Source: Eledone cirrhosa (lineage: Eukaryota). Taken from it: a stretch of DNA of 64,000 nucleotides. This document shows positions 41,622 through 56,372 of this stretch, in pieces (within the stretch, counting starts at the first letter, position 1; the number at the start of each line of letters is the position of its first letter). The stretch spans positions 14,508,001-14,572,000 of the forward strand of contig OZ024766.1 in NCBI GenBank assembly GCA_964016885.1. Reading direction: 5' to 3'. Made by a program: the position numbers and the translations under genes. A model generated the notes under the pieces. That model made no database searches and was not told where the DNA came from. It worked only from the letters and a program-made list of their open reading frames with translations.

Positions 41622-44600
41622 ATAAATATATATAATACAACATTAGAATTACTACTACATTTTACTTTCTATCTCTGTCTCTCACATCTCTTTCTCTCCC
41701 TCTATCTCCCTCTCTCGATATCCCTCTCTTTCTCTCACCCCCCCCTCTCTCTCTATCTCTCTCTATCTCTCCTCCTGTCTCTCCCATACACTTACCTAAG
41801 GTCATGTAATTTAACTGGGTGTGACTTTCTCAAAAGTTAATACAAAGACTTGCTTTCAACTGACAGAAACATAGCTACAATGTTGCACACTCATATCATG
41901 TGTCTGTATGGCTGACTGCCTGAACTTCATACAGAAATAAAAAACCCCACACAACCAACATTCTGGGGTTGATAAAATATAATTGTTTCTAATTATATTG
42001 ACTAATTATATTTACGAATAATATTGACTAATAATATTGACTAATTATATTGACTAATTATATTTACTAATAATATTGACTAATAATATTGACTAATTAT
42101 ATTGACTAATTATATTGACTAATTATATTGACTAATTATATTTACTAATAATATTGACTAATAATATTGACTAATTATATTTACTAATAATATTGACTAA
42201 TAATATTGACTTATTATATTGACTAATTATATTGACTAATTATATTGACTAATTATATTGACTAATTATATTTACTAATAATATTGACTAATTATATTTA
42301 CTAATAATATTGACTAATTATATTGACTAATTATATTGACTAATTATATTTACTAATTATATTTACTAATAATATTGACTAATAATATTGACTAATTATA
42401 TTGACTAATTATATTGACTAATTATATTTACTAATAATATTGACTAATAATATTGACTAATTATATTGACGAATTATATTGACTAATTATATTGACTAAT
42501 TATATTGACTAATTATATTGACTAATAATATTAACTAATAATATTAACTAAATAATATTAACTATCAAGGGCGGTGGATTGGCAGTATCGGTATAAGGTC
42601 GGACGCCGTGCTTTCCAGCATAGTTACGTCCCTTTACGATCTGAGTTCAAATCCCGCCGAGGTAGACTTTGCCTTTCATCCTTACGGGGTCGATAAAATA
42701 AAGTACCAGTTATGCACTGGGTAATTGCTGGCCTTGTGCCTAAAGTAGAAACAATTATTAGTAAATATAATTAGTTAATATTATTAGTTAATATAATTAG
42801 TTAATATTATTAGTTAATATTATTAGTCAATAATAATATTAATGGCAGTGGATTGGCAGTATCAGTGGAGGGTCGGACGCCATGCTTTGATGCATAGAGT
42901 TACGGCCCTTGCCATTCTGAGTTCAAATCCCACCGAGGTTAACTTTGCCTTTCATCCTTACGGGGTCGATAAAATAAAGTAGCAGTAATTCACTGGGGTA
43001 ATTGCTGGCCTTGTGCCTAACGTAGAAACAATTATTAACTAATATTTCTAACTAATAATATTGATTGTTGACTAGAAATTTAGAGATTATTTTAATGGTT
43101 TCTGATTTAGATGCAAGGCCAACACATTTGGGGAAGGGGTGTTGATTGACCCCAGTGTGTTACTGGTACTTTATTTTATCAACCCAGTAAGGATGAAAGG
43201 CAAAGCTTACCTTGATGGGATTTGAACTCAGAACGTAAAGGGCCGTAACTGGGTTCAAATCCTACTGAAGTTATAGCTCTGGCTTTCATCCTAACAGGGT
43301 TGATAAAGTAAAGTACCAGTAACGTACTGGGGTTGATAAAGTAAAGTACCTGTAACGTTCTTGGGTTGATAAAGTAAGGTACCAGTAATGTACTGGGGTT
43401 GATAAAGTAAAGTACCAGTAATGTACTGGGTTTGATAAAGTAAAGTACCAGTAACGTACTGGGGTTGATAAAGTAAAGTACCAGTAATGTACGGGGGGTT
43501 GATAAAGTAAGGTACCAGTAATGTACTGGGGTTGATAAAGTAAAGTACCAGTAATGTACTGGGGTTGATAAGGTAAAGTACCTGTAACGTTCTTGGGTTG
43601 ATAAAGTAAGGTACCAGTAATGTACTGGGGTTGATAAAGTAAAGTACCAGTAATGTACTGGGTTTGATAAAGTAAAGTATCAGTAACGTACTGGGGTTGA
43701 TAAAGTAAAGTACCAGTAATGTACTGGGGTTGATAAAGTAAAGTACCAGTAACGTACTGGTGTTGATAAAGTAAAGTACCAGTAAAGTACTGGGGTTGAC
43801 AAAATAAAGTACCAGTAATGTACTGGGATTGATAAAATAAAGTACCAGTAATGTACTGGGGTTGATAAAATAAAGTACCTGGAATGGTGAGAGATAAAAG
43901 CTGAGATATGAAAATAACTAACCTTTCTGACAACTGTTTCCTTCATAACCTGGAGCACATCTACCCCTTGAACAGATCCCTAATTCCACATTACACCTGT
44001 TGTTATCTTCACAATGACACACCTGATCACAGTTGGCACCAAGTCTTCCACTACTGCACACTGTAACAGGAAAACATTGGTGTAGATCAGGGATTGCCAA
44101 CTTCTTTGCCTCCATGGGCCGGACGAACGCCATAAAAGAATAATTATGGAAAATTACACAAGCTAACGTTTAATCTCGAGTGTTGACTATACTATTCATT
44201 TCTCAAATCTTGAATTATATTCACAAATACCTCTGAATCCTGTGATTTCCCTCCTTGAAATGATGGAAAATGCACATAATTTTTATTTCAAAGTTGATGT
44301 TCCCACAACTGTAGCTTTTTTTCAAATGTATATGGTTATACATTTCATTTACGAGCTGAGTTTTACCTTGAAGTTGTAAATTTAAGTTATTTAACCCTTT
44401 AGCACTTACATTACTCTATATTTACTATTGTAATGTCACAGTAAACACTTTATCTTATATAGTTATCTCACATAATATTGAATCTATGAGATTTTGATAT
44501 TATTTATTTTGAGAAGAATACCTTAACGTCAGTATGAGTGGCTAGTTACAGCCGGTTTGAACAGAAAAAAGTGAGAGATTTCTGGCCGGATATGGCCGGT

Positions 44601-46199
44601 TTAAATGCTAAAGGGTTAAACGAGTCACAATATCCTCAATAAATACCAAAGTTGTAACAGCAGGCCTTTTATTGTATTCGAAAGGAATAATACGTATTAT
44701 TCTTTTATAATCTTTTATAATCTCTATAATTGAATTATTCTTTATCGAAAGGTTGTGAGTTCAATTCTCCGACCGGTTAATGTGTTGTTTCCTTGAGCAA
44801 GACTCTTTATTTCAAATTGCTCCAGTTTACTCAGCTGTAGAAATGAGATGATAGGGACTGGGGTCCCTATCATTCCACTGTAAAGTGGTCCTAGAGGTGC
44901 CACGGCAAAAAATCACCCAGCACTCACTGTAAATGAGGTTGGTTTTAGGAAGGGCATCAAGCTGTAGAAATCAAGCCAGAATCAGTTCCTGTCCCACTCT
45001 TGCAAGCAGGGAAAAGGGGACGTAAAATGAAATGATTTCATAATTCAGGGGTTGATAAAATATAGTACCAGTGATATCCTGGGGTAGATTTAATAGAATA
45101 GCTTAACTCGCACTCACATATATATATATCTACTAACCAAAGTATCGCGTGATCTGGTGCGTTATGGTCCACCTCGTTCCTTACCATACTTCCTACCACA
45201 CACACACACACACACATATATAGATATATACTTATAAATATATACAGAATAAGGAGCAGGTATTACAATAACCTGGGGTTCAAGGGCCCTCACCTCTTCA
45301 ACAAGCTGCCAAGGAATTTGAGAGATCTGCATGGTGTGGACGTGGATGTTTTCAAGGAACATCTCGACACCCTGTTACCAGGATCCTGGATGAGCCCACA
45401 GCATGGTTCGAAGGTAACCTAAGGGCAGCAACAACGAACCCCCTCTTTGCCGAATGGCCAACCAACACAGGTTGGAGAAAGAATGTGTAACAAGATCATG
45501 CCCCAGCATGGCCTCAACTGGATCGCTGGAACACGTTAAAAGAGAAAAAGAGAATATATATATATATATATACATATAATGTAGGAGGTGAGTTTTATTG
45601 TGGTACAATAAAGCAATGCAGATATCGGATAAGAAGCACTCTACAGTTTGTAGGACTGGAGTATACATAATATAAGATCAAAAGATGGTTAAAGGAGTTC
45701 CATGTATTTTATTATGCGCATTTAAAACTGCACTATCCACAAGTGTTTTTTTAGCCTTCATATCATGTTCTCCTGTTTTATCTGATGAAAACACAAATAT
45801 TATTGCATGATGATGTTTGTTTTTGAAATGCGCATAATAAAATACATGGAACTCCTTTAACCATCTTTTGATCTTATATTATATTTACATATATATATAT
45901 TTATATTTATATTTCTGGCTATTTCTGGCTGTCGATGGTCCTATTCAGGCCACTGGGATGACGTTGTTCAACGAGTGTATTTTTAAAAAAATGCAACAAG
46001 TGGTTCAAATCATTCGCAGATTTGCATTTGCTGTGTAAACGCAGATGGTTATTTTTCTTCTCATTTGGTGAACATCCAAGAATTTAACTGCTGTGATTTA
46101 CGGATTAATAGGTGAAATATATTTCTTACTTAAAGAGCCAGGAACCCAACGGCTGAGCTCCGGCCAGAGATCAGCAGTTGGGGTCCTGACTCTTTTCCT

Positions 46200-46278
<79 letters not shown>

Positions 46279-49200
46279 ACGAAGGAAATGTGGTAAGGAA
46301 CCAGGTGGACCATAACGCACCAAAGTACTCAATACTTGAGGTGGTAGAGTGGGTAATAGGAACCTTATTATATATTTATATATATATATATATAAATAAT
46401 ATATTAATAAATGGAAACTATATTTATAAAACCATATTTATTTTATTATACATATTTCAAGGGCAACCAAGGCAAACTGTTGAGTGCTTTATATCAGTTA
46501 TAAAAATGTTTAAGCTTATTGAATCCCAACAAATTAAATATAACCTCTGCATATATATATATTTATATATATATATATAAATTTATATAATACAACATTA
46601 GAATTACTACTACATTTTACTTTCTATCTCTGTCTCTCACATCTCTTTCTCTCCCTCTATCTCCCTCTCTCGATATCCCTCTCTTTCTTTCACCCCCCTC
46701 TCTCTCTCTATCTCTCTCTATCTCTCCTCCTGTCTCTCCCATACACTTACCTAAGGTCATGTAATTTAACTGGGTGTGACTTTCTCAAAAGTTAATACAA
46801 AGACTTGCTTTCAACTGACAGAAACATAGCTACAATGTTGCACACTCATATCATGTGTCTGTATGGCTGACTGCCTGAACTTCATACAGAAATAAAAAAC
46901 CCCACACAACCAACATTCTGGGGTTGATAAAATATAATTGTTTCTAATTATATTGACTAATTATATTTACGAATAATATTGACTAATAATATTGACTAAT
47001 TATATTGACTAATTATATTTACTAATAATATTGACTAATAATATTGACTAATTATATTGACTAATTATATTGACTAATTATATTTACTAATAATATTGAC
47101 TAATAATATTGACTAATTATATTTACTAATAATATTGACTAATAATATTGACTTATTATATTGACTAATTATATTGACTAATTATATTGACTAATTATAT
47201 TGACTAATTATATTTACTAATAATATTGACTAATTATATTTACTAATAATATTGACTAATAATATTGACTAATTATATTGACTAATTATATTGACTAATT
47301 ATATTGACTAATTATATTGACTAATTATATTGACTAATTATATTGACTAATTATATTTACTAATAATATTGACTAATTATATTTACTAATAATATTGACT
47401 AATTATATTGACTAATTATATTGACTAATTATATTGACTAATTATATTTACTAATAATATTGACTAATAATATTGACTAATTATATTGACTAATTATATT
47501 TACTAATTATATTGACTAATTATATTGACTAATTATATTGACTAATTATATTGACTAATTATATTGACTAATTATATTTACTAATAATAGTAACTAATTA
47601 TATGAACTAATAATTATTTCTACATTAGCCACAAGGCCAGCAATTACCCAGTACATTACTGGTACTTTATTTTATCGACCCCGTAAGGATGAAAGGCAAA
47701 GTTAACCTCATTAACTAATTATATTGACTAATAATATTAACTAATTATATTGACTAATTATATTAACTAATAATATTAACTAATATTATCACCTAATAAT
47801 ATTAACTAATAACATTCACTAATTATATTAACTAATAATATTAACTAATATTATCAACTAATAATATTCATTAATAATTTAAATAATGTTTACATTAGGC
47901 ACAAGGCCAGCAATTACCCCAGTGTATTACTGGTACTTTATTTTATCAACCCCGTAAGGATGAAGGGCAAAGTTAACCTCGGCGGGATTTGAATTAGTTA
48001 ATATTATTCGGTGGATTGGCAGTATCGGTGGAGCGTCGGACGCCATGCTTTGATGCATAGAGTTACGGCCCTTAGTCAATATAATTAGTAAATATTATTA
48101 GTTAATATTATTAGTTAATATAATTAGTTAATATTATTAGTTAATATAATTAGTTAATATTATTAGTTAATATTATTAGTTAATATAATTAGTTAATATT
48201 ATTAGTTAATATTATTAGTTAATATAATTAGTTAATATTATTAGTTAATATAATTAGTTAATATTATTAGTTAATATTATTAGTTAATATAATTAGTTAA
48301 TATTATTAGTTAATATTATTAGTTAATATTATTAGTCAATATAATTAGTTAATATTATTAATTAATATAATTAGTTAATATTATTAGTCAATAATAACAT
48401 TAATGGCAGTGGATTGGCAGTATCAGTGGAGGGTGGGACGCCATGCTTTGATGCATAGAGTTACGGCCCTTGCCATTCTGAGTTCAAATCCCACCGAGGT
48501 TAACTTTGCCTTTCATCCTTACGGGGTCGATAAAATAAAGTAGCAGTAATACACTGGGGTAATTGCTGGCCTTGTGCCTAACGTAGAAACAATTATTAAC
48601 TAATATTACTAACTAATAATATTGATTGTTGACTAGAAATTTAGAGATTATTTTAATGGTTTCTGATTTAGATGCAAGGCCAACACATTTGGGGAAGGGG
48701 TGTTGATTGACCCCAGTGTGTTACTGGTACTTTATTTTATCAACCCAGTAAGGATGAAGGGCAAAGCTTACCTTGATGGGATTTGAACTCAGAACGTAAA
48801 GGGCCGTAACTGGGTTCAAATCCTACTGAAGTTATAGCTCTGGCTTTCATCCTAACAGGGTTGATAAAGTAAAGTACCAGTAACGTACTGGGGTTGATAA
48901 AGTAAAGTACCAGTAACGTACTGGGGTTGATAAAGTAAAGTACCAGTAACGTACTGGGGTTGATAAAGTAAAGTACCAGTAACGAACTGGGGTTGATAAA
49001 GTAAACTACCAGTAATGTACTGGGGTTAATAAAATAAAGTACCAGTAATGTACTGGGGTTGATAAAATAAAGTACCTGGACTGGTGAGAGATAAAAGCTG
49101 AGATATGAAAATAACTAACCTTTCTGACAACTGTTTCTTTCATAACCTGGAGCACATCTACCCCTTGAACAGATCCCTAATTCCACATTACACCTGTTGT

Positions 49201-50746
49201 TATCTTCACAATGACACACCTGATCACAGTTGGCACCAAGTCTTCCACTACTGCACACTGTAACAGGAAAACATTGGTGTAGATCAGGGATTGGCAACTT
49301 CTTTGCCTCCATGGGCCGGACGAACGCCATAAAAGAATAATTATGGAAAATTACACAAGCTAAAATTTAATCTCGAGTGTTGACTATACTATTCATTTCT
49401 CAAATCTTGAATTATATTCACAAATACCTCTGAATCCTGTGATTTCCCTCCTTGAAATGATGGAAAATGCACATAATTTTTATTTCAAAGTTGATGTTCC
49501 CACAACTGTAGCTTTTTTTCAAAGACAACAATATGGTTATACATTTCATTTACGAGCTGTGTTTTACCTTGAAGTTGTAAATTTAAGTTATTTAACCCTT
49601 TAGCACTTACATTACTCTATATTTACTATTGTAATGTCACAGTAAACACTTTATCTTATATAGTTATCTCACATAATATTGAATCTATGAGATTTTGATA
49701 TTATTTATTTTGAGAAGAATACCTTAACGTCAGTATGAGTGGCTAGTTACAGCCGGTTTGAACAGAAAAAAGTGAGAGATTTCTGGCCGGATATGGCCGG
49801 TTTAAATGCTAAAGGGTTAAACGAGTCACAATATCCTCAATAAATACCAAAGTTGTAACAGCAGGCCTTTTATTGTATTCGAAAGGAATAATACGTATTA
49901 TTCTTTTATAATCTTTTATAATCTCTATAATTGTATTATTCTTTATCGAAAGGTTGTGAGTTCAATTCTCCGACCGGTTAATGTGTTGTTTCCTTGAGCA
50001 AGACACTTTATTTCAAATTGCTCCAGTTTACTCAGCTGTAGAAATGAGATGATAGGGACTGGAGTCCCTATCATTCCACTGTAAAGTGGTCGTAGAGGTG
50101 CCACGGCAAAAAATCACCCAGCACTCACTGTAAATGAGGTTGGTTTTAGGAAGGGCATCAAGCTGTAGAAATCAAGCCAGAATCAGTTCCTGTCCCACTC
50201 TTGCAAGCAGGGAAAAGGGGACGTAAAATGAAATGATTTCATAATTCAGGGGTTGATAAAATATAGTACCAGTGATATCCTGGAGTAGATTTAATAGAAT
50301 AGCTTAACACACACTCACATATATATATATATCTACTAACCAAAGTATCGCGTGATCTGGTGCGTTATGGTCCACCTCGTTCCTTACCATACTTCCTACC
50401 ACACACACACATATATAGATATATACTTATAAATATATACAGAATAAGGAGCAGGTATTACAATAACCTGGGGTTCAAGGGCCCTCACCTCTTCAACAAG
50501 CTGCCAAGGAATTTGAGAGATCTGCATGGTGTGGACGTGGATGTTTTCAAGGAACATCTCGACACCCTGTTACCAGGATCCTGGATGAGCCCACAGCATG
50601 GTTCGAAGGTAACCTAAGGGCAGCAACAACGAACCCCCTCTTTGCCAAATGGCCAACCAACACAGGTTGGAGAAAGAATGTGTAACAAGGGCATGCCCCA
50701 GCATGGCCTCAACTGGATCGCTGGAACACGTTAAAAGAGTAAAAGA

Positions 50747-50779
<33 letters not shown>

Positions 50780-51398
50780 GTAGGAGGTGAGTTTTATTGT
50801 AGTACAATAAAGCAATGCAGATATCGGATAAGAAGCACTCTACAGTTTGTAGGACTGGAGTATACATAATATAAGATCAAAAGATGGTTAAAGGAGTTCC
50901 ATGTATTTTATTATGCGCATTTAAAACTGCACTATCCACAAGTGTTTTTTTAGCCTTCATATCATGTTCTCCTGTTTTATCTGATGAAAACACAAATATT
51001 ATTGCATGATGATGTTTGTTTTTGAAATGCGCATAATAAAATACATGGAACTCCTTTAACCATCTTTTGATCTTATATTATATATACATATATATATATT
51101 TATATTTATATTTCTGGCTATTTCTGGCTGTCGATGGTCCTATTCAGGCCACTGGGATGACGTTGTTCAACGAGTGTATTTTTAAAAAAATGCAACAAGT
51201 GGTTCAAATCATTCGCAGATTTGCATTTGCTGTGTAAACGCAGATGGTTATTTTTCTTCTCATTTGGTGAACATCCAAGAATTTAACTGCTGTGATTTAC
51301 GGATTAATAGGTGAAATATATTTCTTACTTAAAGAGCCAGGAACCCAACGGCTGAGCTCCGGCCAGAGATCAGCAGTTGGGGTCCTGACTCTTTTCCT

Positions 51399-51449
<51 letters not shown>

Positions 51450-54400
51450 ACGAAGGAAATGTGGTAAGGAACCAGGTGGACCATAACGCACCAAAGTACT
51501 CAATACTTGAGGTAGTAGAGTGGGTAATAGGAACCTTATTATATATTTATATATATATATATATAAATAATATATTAATAAATGGAAACTATATTTATAA
51601 AACCATATTTATTTTATTATACATATTTCAAGGGCAACCAAGGCAAACTGTTGAGTGCTTTATATCAGTTATAAAAATGTTTAAGCTTATTGAATCCCAA
51701 CAAATTAAATATAACCTCTGCATATATATATATTTATATATATATATATAAATTTATATAATACAACATTAGAATTACTACTACATTTTACTTTCTATCT
51801 CTGTCTCTCACATCTCTTTCTCTCCCTCTATCTCCCTCTCTCGATATCCCTCTCTTTCTCTCACCCCCCTCTCTCTCTCTATCTCTCTCTATCTCTCCTC
51901 CTGTCTCTCCCATACACTTACCTAAGGTCATGTAATTTAACTGGGTGTGACTTTCTCAAAAGTTAATACAAAGACTTGCTTTCAACTGACAGAAACATAG
52001 CTACAATGTTGCACACTCATATCATGTGTCTGTATGGCTGACTGCCTGAACTTCATACAGAAATAAAAAACCCCACACAACCAACATTCTGGGGTTGATA
52101 AAATATAATTGTTTCTAATTATATTGACTAATTATATTTACGAATAATATTGACTAATAATATTGACTAATTATATTGACTAATTATATTTACTAATAAT
52201 ATTGACTAATAATATTGACTAATTATATTGACTAATTATATTGACTAATTATATTGACTAATTATATTTACTAATAATATTGACTAATAATATTGACTAA
52301 TTATATTTACTAATAATATTGACTAATAATATTGACTTATTATATTGACTAATTATATTGACTAATTATATTGACTAATTATATTGACTAATTATATTTA
52401 CTAATAATATTGACTAATTATATTTACTAATAATATTGACTAATTATATTGACTAATTATATTGACTAATTATATTTACTAATTATATTTACTAATAATA
52501 TTGACTAATAATATTGACTAATTATATTGACTAATTATATTGACTAATTATATTTACTAATAATATTGACTAATAATATTGACTAATTATATTGACTAAT
52601 TATATTGACTAATTATATTGACTAATTATATTGACTAATAATATTAACTAATAATATTAACTAAATAATATTAACTATCAAGGGCGGTGGATTGGCAGTA
52701 TCGGTATAAGGTCGGACGCCGTGCTTTCCAGCATAGTTACGTCCCTTTACGATCTGAGTTCAAATCCCGCCGAGGTAGACTTTGCCTTTCATCCTTACGG
52801 GGTCGATAAAATAAAGTACCAGTTATGCACTGGGTAATTGCTGGCCTTGTGCCTAAAGTAGAAACAATTATTAGTAAATATAATTAGTTAATATTATTAG
52901 TTAATATAATTAGTTAATATTATTAGTTAATATTATTAGTCAATAATAATATTAATGGCAGTGGATTGGCAGTATCAGTGGAGGGTCGGACGCCATGCTT
53001 TGATGCATAGAGTTACGGCCCTTGCCATTCTGAGTTCAAATCCCACCGAGGTTAACTTTGCCTTTCATCCTTACGGGGTCGATAAAATAAAGTAGCAGTA
53101 ATTCACTGGGGTAATTGCTGGCCTTGTGCCTAACGTAGAAACAATTATTAACTAATATTTCTAACTAATAATATTGATTGTTGACTAGAAATTTAGAGAT
53201 TATTTTAATGGTTTCTGATTTAGATGCAAGGCCAACACATTTGGGGAAGGGGTGTTGATTGACCCCAGTATGTTACTGGTACTTTATTTTATCAACCCAG
53301 TAAGGATGAAAGGCAAAGCTTACCTTGATGGGATTTGAACTCAGAACGTAAAGGGCCGTAACTGGGTTCAAATCCTACTGAAGTTATAGCTCTGGCTTTC
53401 ATCCTAACAGGGTTGATAAAGTAAAGTACCAGTAACGTACTGGGGTTGATAAAGTAAAGTACCTGTAACGTTCTTGGGTTGATAAAGTAAGGTACCAGTA
53501 ATGTACTGGGGTTGATAAAGTAAAGTACCAGTAATGTACTGGGTTTGATAAAGTAAAGTACCAGTAACGTACTGGGGTTGATAAAGTAAAGTACCAGTAA
53601 TGTACGGGGGGTTGATAAAGTAAGGTACCAGTAATGTACTGGGGTTGATAAAGTAAAGTACCAGTAATGTACTGGGGTTGATAAGGTAAAGTACCTGTAA
53701 CGTTCTTGGGTTGATAAAGTAAGGTACCAGTAATGTACTGGGGTTGATAAAGTAAAGTACCAGTAATGTACTGGGTTTGATAAAGTAAAGTATCAGTAAC
53801 GTACTGGGGTTGATAAAGTAAAGTACCAGTAATGTACTGGGGTTGATAAAGTAAAGTACCAGTAACGTACTGGTGTTGATAAAGTAAAGTACCAGTAAAG
53901 TACTGGGGTTGACAAAATAAAGTACCAGTAATGTACTGGGATTGATAAAATAAAGTACCAGTAATGTACTGGGGTTGATAAAATAAAGTACCTGGAATGG
54001 TGAGAGATAAAAGCTGAGATATGAAAATAACTAACCTTTCTGACAACTGTTTCCTTCATAACCTGGAGCACATCTACCCCTTGAACAGATCCCTAATTCC
54101 ACATTACACCTGTTGTTATCTTCACAATGACACACCTGATCACAGTTGGCACCAAGTCTTCCACTACTGCACACTGTAACAGGAAAACATTGGTGTAGAT
54201 CAGGGATTGCCAACTTCTTTGCCTCCATGGGCCGGACGAACGCCATAAAAGAATAATTATGGAAAATTACACAAGCTAAAATTTTTATCTCGAGTGTCGA
54301 CTATACTATTCATTTCTCAAATCTTGAATTATATTCACAAATACCTCTGAATCCTGTGATTTCCCTCCTTGAAATGATGGAAAATGCACATAATTTTTAT

Positions 54401-56317
54401 TTCAAAGTTGATGTTCCCACAACTGTAGCTTTTTTTCAAAGGCAACAATATGGTTATACATTTCATTTACGAGCTGAGTTTTACCTTGAAGTTGTAAATT
54501 TAAGTTATTTAACCCTTTAGCACTTACATTACTCTATATTTACTATTGTAATGTCACAGTAAACACTTTATCTTATATAGTTATCTCACATAATATTGAA
54601 TCTATGAGATTTTGATATTATTTATTTTGAGAAGAATACCTTAACGTCAGTATGAGTGGCTAGTTACAGCCGGTTTGAACAGAAAAAAGTGAGAGATTTC
54701 TGGCCGGATATGGCCGGTTTAAATGCTAAAGGGTTAAACGATTCACAATATCCTCAATAAATACCAAAGTTGTAACAGCAGGCCTTTTATTGTATTCGAA
54801 AGGAATAATACGTATTATTCTTTTATAATCTTTTATAATCTCTATAATTGTATTATTCTTTATCGAAAGGTTGTGAGTTCAATTCTCCGACCGGTTAATG
54901 TGTTGTTTCCTTGAGCAAGACACTTTATTTCAAATTGCTCCAGTTTACTCAGCTGTAGAAATGAGATGATAGGGACTGGGGTCCCTATCATTCCACTGTA
55001 AAGTGGTCCTAGAGGTGCCACGGCAAAAAATCACCCAGCACTCACTGTAAATGAGGTTGGTTTTAGGAAGGGCATCAAGCTGTAGAAATCAAGCCAGAAT
55101 CAGTTCCTGTCCCACTCTTGCAAGCAGGGAAAAGGGGACGTAAAATGAAATGATTTCATAATTCAGGGGTTGATAAAATATAGTACCAGTGATATCCTGG
55201 GGTAGATTTAATAGAATAGCTTAACTCGCACTCACATATATATATATCTACTAACCAAAGTATCGCGTGATCTGGTGCGTTATGGTCCACCTCGTTCCTT
55301 ACCATACTTCCTACCACACACACACACACACACATATATAGATATATACTTATAAATATATACAGAATAAGGAGCAGGTATTACAATAACCTGGGGTTCA
55401 AGGGCCCTCACCTCTTCAACAAGCTGCCAAGGAATTTGAGAGATCTGCATGGTGTGGACGTGGATGTTTTCAAGGAACATCTCGACACCCTGTTACCAGG
55501 ATCCTGGATGAGCCCACAGCATGGTTCGAAGGTAACCTAAGGGCAGCAACAACGAACCCCCTCTTTGCCGAATGGCCAACCAACACAGGTTGGAGAAAGA
55601 ATGTGTAACAAGAGCATGCCCCAGCATGGCCTCAACTGGATCGCTGGAACACGTTAAAAGAGAAAAAGAGAATATATATATATATATATACATATAATGT
55701 AGGAGGTGAGTTTTATTGTGGTACAATAAAGCAATGCAGATATCGGATAAGAAGCACTCTACAGTTTGTAGGACTGGAGTATACATAATATAAGATCAAA
55801 AGATGGTTAAAGGAGTTCCATGTATTTTATTATGCGCATTTAAAACTGCACTATCCACAAGTGTTTTTTTAGCCTTCATATCATGTTCTCCTGTTTTATC
55901 TGATGAAAACACAAATATTATTGCATGATGATGTTTGTTTTTGAAATGCGCATAATAAAATACATGGAACTCCTTTAACCATCTTTTGATCTTATATTAT
56001 ATTTACATATATATATATTTATATTTATATTTCTGGCTATTTCTGGCTGTCGATGGTCCTATTCAGGCCACTGGGATGACGTTGTTCAACGAGTGTATTT
56101 TTAAAAAAATGCAACAAGTGGTTCAAATCATTCGCAGATTTGCATTTGCTGTGTAAACGCAGATGGTTATTTTTCTTCTCATTTGGTGAACATCCAAGAA
56201 TTTAACTGCTGTGATTTACGGATTAATAGGTGAAATATATTTCTTACTTAAAGAGCCAGGAACCCAACGGCTGAGCTCCGGCCAGAGATCAGCAGTTGGG
56301 GTCCTGACTCTTTTCCT

Positions 56318-56372
<55 letters not shown>

